The notes under the pieces are model-generated. The model was given only the letters and a program-made list of their open reading frames with translations. It was not told the origin of the DNA and did not search any database. From an uncultured Flavobacteriaceae bacterium (GTDB lineage Bacteria > Bacteroidota > Bacteroidia > Flavobacteriales > Flavobacteriaceae), in NCBI GenBank assembly GCA_943789305.1, contig CALSTP010000002.1:21173-85172 (forward strand): a DNA stretch of 64,000 nt, given 5' to 3'. Numbering within the stretch: the first letter of the stretch is position 1; each line of letters starts with the position of its first letter. This document shows, in pieces, positions 60,957-64,000 of this stretch. The position numbers and the translations under genes are program-made.

Positions 60957-61618
60957 TTTGAGGGTTTTTTTGTCGTTAAAAAAGTATAATGTATTCCCAA
61001 TAAAAAGCCGTCAAAATAATTGGTTTCTCGTTGGAGGGGGTTTGTGTTGTTTTTTTGAAATTGATATTGGGCTGATACACTGAATCGTTTCCAGACAGAA
61101 TAATGAACTGCAGCAAGCATTCCAAAACTATTGTTGAAAGTGCCTGAGGGATATGGTACTGCTCCCTCTTTTTTATTGGTTGGGGGATCCCCTTTGGCAC
61201 TCAGTAAAAAATTGTAAATGAATCCCAATTCAATTTTGATTCGGTTTACGGGATATAATCTTCCCGTTAAGGGAACGGAAAGAAACATTAATTCATCTTT
61301 TGATGAGTCTTTTTCGGAGTCATATGTATAGTTAAGCATATGAATGTCAATCCCAGTTCGAAGACCATAACTTTTTTTGAAGTTGTAACTCACTGTTCCT
61401 CCAGAGCTGATTCCCAATTTACTTTTTGTTGCTCGGTTATTGGTATTGAAAATGTTTGGGGCAATATGGACTTCATAGTTCCATTTGCGCAAGCCTATAT
61501 TTTCGACATCAGCTTTTCCGTATTGTTGAATTAGAAGTTCTCCACCCTGAGCTCTTAAATTTTGAATGCAAAAAACAGTCATGACAATTAGAAGAAAATA
61601 AAGCAGAGGTTTTGTCAT
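60953..61618 (-). CDS. Outer-membrane beta-barrel protein (PorT/OMP_b-brl-like)
   Basis: Signal peptide, amphipathic strands, LSVPL, terminal GIHYTF. Confidence 0.65.
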   Translation of the reverse strand: MTKPLLYFLLIVMTVFCIQNLRAQGGELLIQQYGKADVENIGLRKWNYEVHIAPNIFNTNNRATKSKLGISSGGTVSYNFKKSYGLRTGIDIHMLNYTYDSEKDSSKDELMFLSVPLTGRLYPVNRIKIELGFIYNFLLSAKGDPPTNKKEGAVPYPSGTFNNSFGMLAAVHYSVWKRFSVSAQYQFQKNNTNPLQRETNYFDGFLLGIHYTFLTTKKPSN

Positions 61619-61741
61619 CAGTCAATATTTGAGACTAGTAATTTGGGATTAAAAATACGGAACTGTATTGACTTTACATTATTTTTAAATAAAAGCTTAT
61701 ATTTACCTTAGAGCAGTATTAACCTTTTTAAAAACACCAAT

Positions 61742-61870
61742 ATGCCAAGCAAATTTTTTGGAAATAGAACAGTAAAAAATACAGATAAAACAGGATCAAA
61801 AAAGGCTCCAAAAACTAAAGGAGCTTCTAAAAATAACGCTGGAGTTCGTAAAGTCGGGCGCGGAAAATAA
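61742..61870 (+). CDS. Small basic 42-aa protein
   Basis: MPSKFFGNRTVKNTDKTGSKKAPKTKGASKNNAGVRKVGRGK*; A-rich leader and a TATATTTA element at 61698. Confidence 0.65.
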   Translation: MPSKFFGNRTVKNTDKTGSKKAPKTKGASKNNAGVRKVGRGK

Positions 61871-62187
61871 TATATAAACTAGAGTATAGGTTAATTCGAT
61901 TTATTAGTACTTATTAATTTTATAAATTAGCTAGCATTAAAGAGCTGAACCTTCCCTTATAATCGATCTTCAAAACTACATTGTCTTAGGATAAAAAACA
62001 ATAATAGGTAATACTTTGACTCTATCCTTAGCTTGGATCTTTTACTTTAGTTAAGAGAGGGAATTAATTTATATTTTAATAAATGAAAATAGAAACAGCA
62101 AAAACACACACTTTTAGTATCGGGCTAAAAAAAATTTATACTTCTTGTAATGTTGACAAAACACTTTTGGATTTTGAGCTTGATTTT

Positions 62188-62409
62188 TTGAAACCTATTA
62201 GTCTTATATTTATTTTTATATCTCTGATAACTGTTGGTTGTATCCCAAAAGAAAATGAATGTAATGCACTATCAGATAGGCTTGAAATAGCTTGTACAAG
62301 AGAGTATGCTCCTGTTTGCGGATGCAATAATAAAACCTATTCAAATAAATGTGAGGCAAGAGCTTGGGGGATAAGTGAATTTAAGGTTGGTGCATGCAGC
62401 CCAAATTAG
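62188..62409 (+). CDS. Kazal-type protease-inhibitor-domain lipoprotein
   Basis: CTREYAPVCGCNNKTYSNKC...GAC; a TTG start at 62188 gives a lipoprotein signal ending TVGC. Confidence 0.8.
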   Translation: MKPISLIFIFISLITVGCIPKENECNALSDRLEIACTREYAPVCGCNNKTYSNKCEARAWGISEFKVGACSPN

Positions 62410-62626
62410 TTTAACATTGGTTGGCTTTTTTATCTTTTTTCAAGCTTTTTTTGATGAAGCTCTACTTTATGAGATTTTATTTATTTGATGTTTTTAGGTT
62501 TTAAAACCTGGTCAGATTTGTGTTTAGAAAATGATTAAGTTTGTGTAAGATAAGTTTTAGTAATTTAAACTAAATGAAGAGTCAAATCAATTTTAATTGG
62601 TTTTAAATTCTGGATATAATTAATAA

Positions 62627-62700
62627 GGGGATGTAGCTCAGTTGGCTAGAGCGCTTGACTGGCAGTCAAGAGGTCGGCGGTTCGAATCCGCTCTTCTCCA
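62627..62700 (+). tRNA. tRNA-Ala(GGC)
   Basis: GGGGATGTAGCTCAGTTGGCTAGAGCGCTTGACTGGCAGTCAAGAGGTCGGCGGTTCGAATCCGCTCTTCTCCA; G3:U70 alanine identity pair. Confidence 0.97.
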
Positions 62701-62887
62701 CATTTATTATCAAGCACTTACGATTATAACTAGGTGTTTTTTTTAATTTAGGGGTAATATATAGGGTAATAATTAAGTATTTTACCCTACCTAAAAGAAG
62801 AGAGAACTTATGGCAATAGCATACGAAAAAGGATTGTTACTGAATGAGTACCTCAACATTCTTTTGATTAATAAAATACCCTGAAAT

Positions 62888-63168
62888 ATGCCACGCCCCA
62901 AAGGAAGTCCTGCTGCAAACTGTTATAGTAGTTTAATAGGATTGCTAAGATGATAGTAACTACAACAGCTATTTTATGAGTTTTTTTCATTCCATTAAAT
63001 TACAAATTATGCCACAACCCCAATAAGGATATAAAGAATAGCTAGTATAGTTAAGAAAACTATCCATTCCTTCCAATAGGTTCTGTAACAAAACTTGATT
63101 TTAAAAAAATTGTAAACCTTTTCCATAACCTAAATATACAAATAATGCCAAGACCCAAAGGAAGTCCC
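62888..63168 (+). repeat. Three degenerate copies of an ATGCCA..CCC.AA(GGAAGTCC) gene start
   Basis: ATGCCACGCCCCAAAGGAAGTCC (62888), ATGCCACAACCCCAATAA (63009), ATGCCAAGACCCAAAGGAAGTCC (63145). Confidence 0.7.
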
Positions 63169-63309
63169 AACAAAATAACAAGTAAACTACAAGACCTACT
63201 AGACGATTTAATAGACTCTTTAGACCTAAATGAGTTGGACAATAACCAAAGAATTAAGATGCTTCAGGTAGCGCTTCAAAGTTCAGCTATTTCAAGTCCT
63301 CGTAGATAG
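63145..63309 (+). CDS. Small 54-aa hypothetical protein, possibly truncated and mobile-element derived
   Basis: MPRPKGSPNKITSKLQDLLDDLIDSLDLNELDNNQRIKMLQVALQSSAISSPRR*. Confidence 0.55.
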   Translation: MPRPKGSPNKITSKLQDLLDDLIDSLDLNELDNNQRIKMLQVALQSSAISSPRR

Positions 63310-63365
63310 GTTAATTTTTAATAAGATTTTTTATATTAGTGTTTATTAACTTAAAAAATATTAAA

Positions 63366-63878
63366 ATGAAAAAAATCACTCTACTCATAACAATTACTTT
63401 TTTAATAACTAGTTGCCAAAATAATGAACCTGTTGTCAATAAAATTGTTGGTGAAATTTTAAGCGGAAATAATAAAGGTAGTACTTACTCAATTGGAAGT
63501 ATGAAGCACGCTCAACTTGCACTTGATTTTTCAAACGCATTTGTAAATCAAGATTATGATTTTGTAAATGAAGAAAATTATCAAAAAACTGTCTATTTTT
63601 ATCCTGAAAAAGGATTGGATAGACTTGAATTTGATTTACCTAGTTTAATTGAACTTGCAAAATCTATGCACGAACCATATGATTCAATTAGAAGAAGTGT
63701 TTATGACGTAATTCCTGTAATCCCATCTTATGATGAGAATTTAACTGTTGTAATGTTTCCATTTACTGAAACAAGATATAGAAAGGATGGTGAAATTGAA
63801 AAATATAGATTTTTTGAAAGACATTATATCAGAGATGGTAAAATTGCTGGAGTGAGAAAATGGAGTCAAGAAGAATAA
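63366..63878 (+). CDS. Hypothetical lipoprotein (possible NTF2/SnoaL-like fold)
   Basis: MKKITLLITITFLITSC lipobox; C-terminal YIRDGKIAGVRKW. Confidence 0.65.
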   Translation: MKKITLLITITFLITSCQNNEPVVNKIVGEILSGNNKGSTYSIGSMKHAQLALDFSNAFVNQDYDFVNEENYQKTVYFYPEKGLDRLEFDLPSLIELAKSMHEPYDSIRRSVYDVIPVIPSYDENLTVVMFPFTETRYRKDGEIEKYRFFERHYIRDGKIAGVRKWSQEE

Positions 63879-64000
63879 AAAGCTACTAATGAAGTAAGTG
63901 AAGACTTGCCTTTATTTGTGGATTAAAGTTAAAATCATTTAACATAAAATAAAACTTGTGTTTTGCAATTAATTTAATTAGTTTTAGATAATATTAACCA

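Larger units (their letters stand above)
62701..64000. mobile_element. Probable left edge of a tRNA-Ala-anchored genomic island (degenerate)
   Basis: Imperfect hairpin 62712-62744, GGGTAATA direct repeats plus an inverted copy, fragmented ORFs, very AT-rich cargo gene; no integrase in the window. Confidence 0.5.

Noticed and set aside
61871-62187. Possible decayed gene between the basic peptide and the Kazal gene
   Set aside because: No frame I read gave a recognisable protein
62627-62700. U6:U67 mismatch in the tRNA-Ala acceptor stem as an integration scar
   Set aside because: Single acceptor-stem mismatches are tolerated and G3:U70 is intact; there is no evidence it results from recombination
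62810-62884. 24-codon ORF MAIAYEKGLLLNEYLNILLINKIP as an integrase N-terminal remnant
   Set aside because: The position fits, but it is too short and has no recognisable motif
62888-63168. CRISPR array interpretation of the three repeats
   Set aside because: The repeats are degenerate, coding-like and spaced about 120-135 bp apart, and there are no cas genes
1340-63242. Many 60-125 aa antisense or overlapping ORFs in the track (e.g. 1340-1546, 13235-13609, 36340-36675, 58375-58677, 63060-63242)
   Set aside because: They are shadows of well-supported genes and show no recognisable motifs

Overview
AT-rich core-genome window of a Flavobacteriaceae-type bacterium (Bacteroidota). The lineage is supported by TAnnTTTG promoters, sprE/gldH and a split atpBEFHAG operon. 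The left end looks like the replication-origin region: a ~500-bp rpiB-rnr intergenic stretch is dense in DnaA-box-like 9-mers, and two exactly inverted 16-bp parS sites flank mnmG. Most of the window is housekeeping (rnr, folB, glnS, gltX, ybeY, mnmG, holB, pgk, tatA, rml genes, purD, atp, dut, trpS, recA, trhO, PBP1A, queD), with tRNA-Cys and tRNA-Ala. Several items are missing from the ORF track: a dprA broken by two compensating poly-A indels, two small pseudogenes with in-frame stops flanking an M20 peptidase, and a 42-aa basic peptide. At the right end, a probable tRNA-Ala-anchored island begins with arm-type-like repeats and three stacked degenerate copies of an MPRPKGSP... gene start; this is the best candidate for an undescribed system. 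No CRISPR array, rRNA or intact integrase/transposase was seen. All family assignments are by motif recognition, without database searches.
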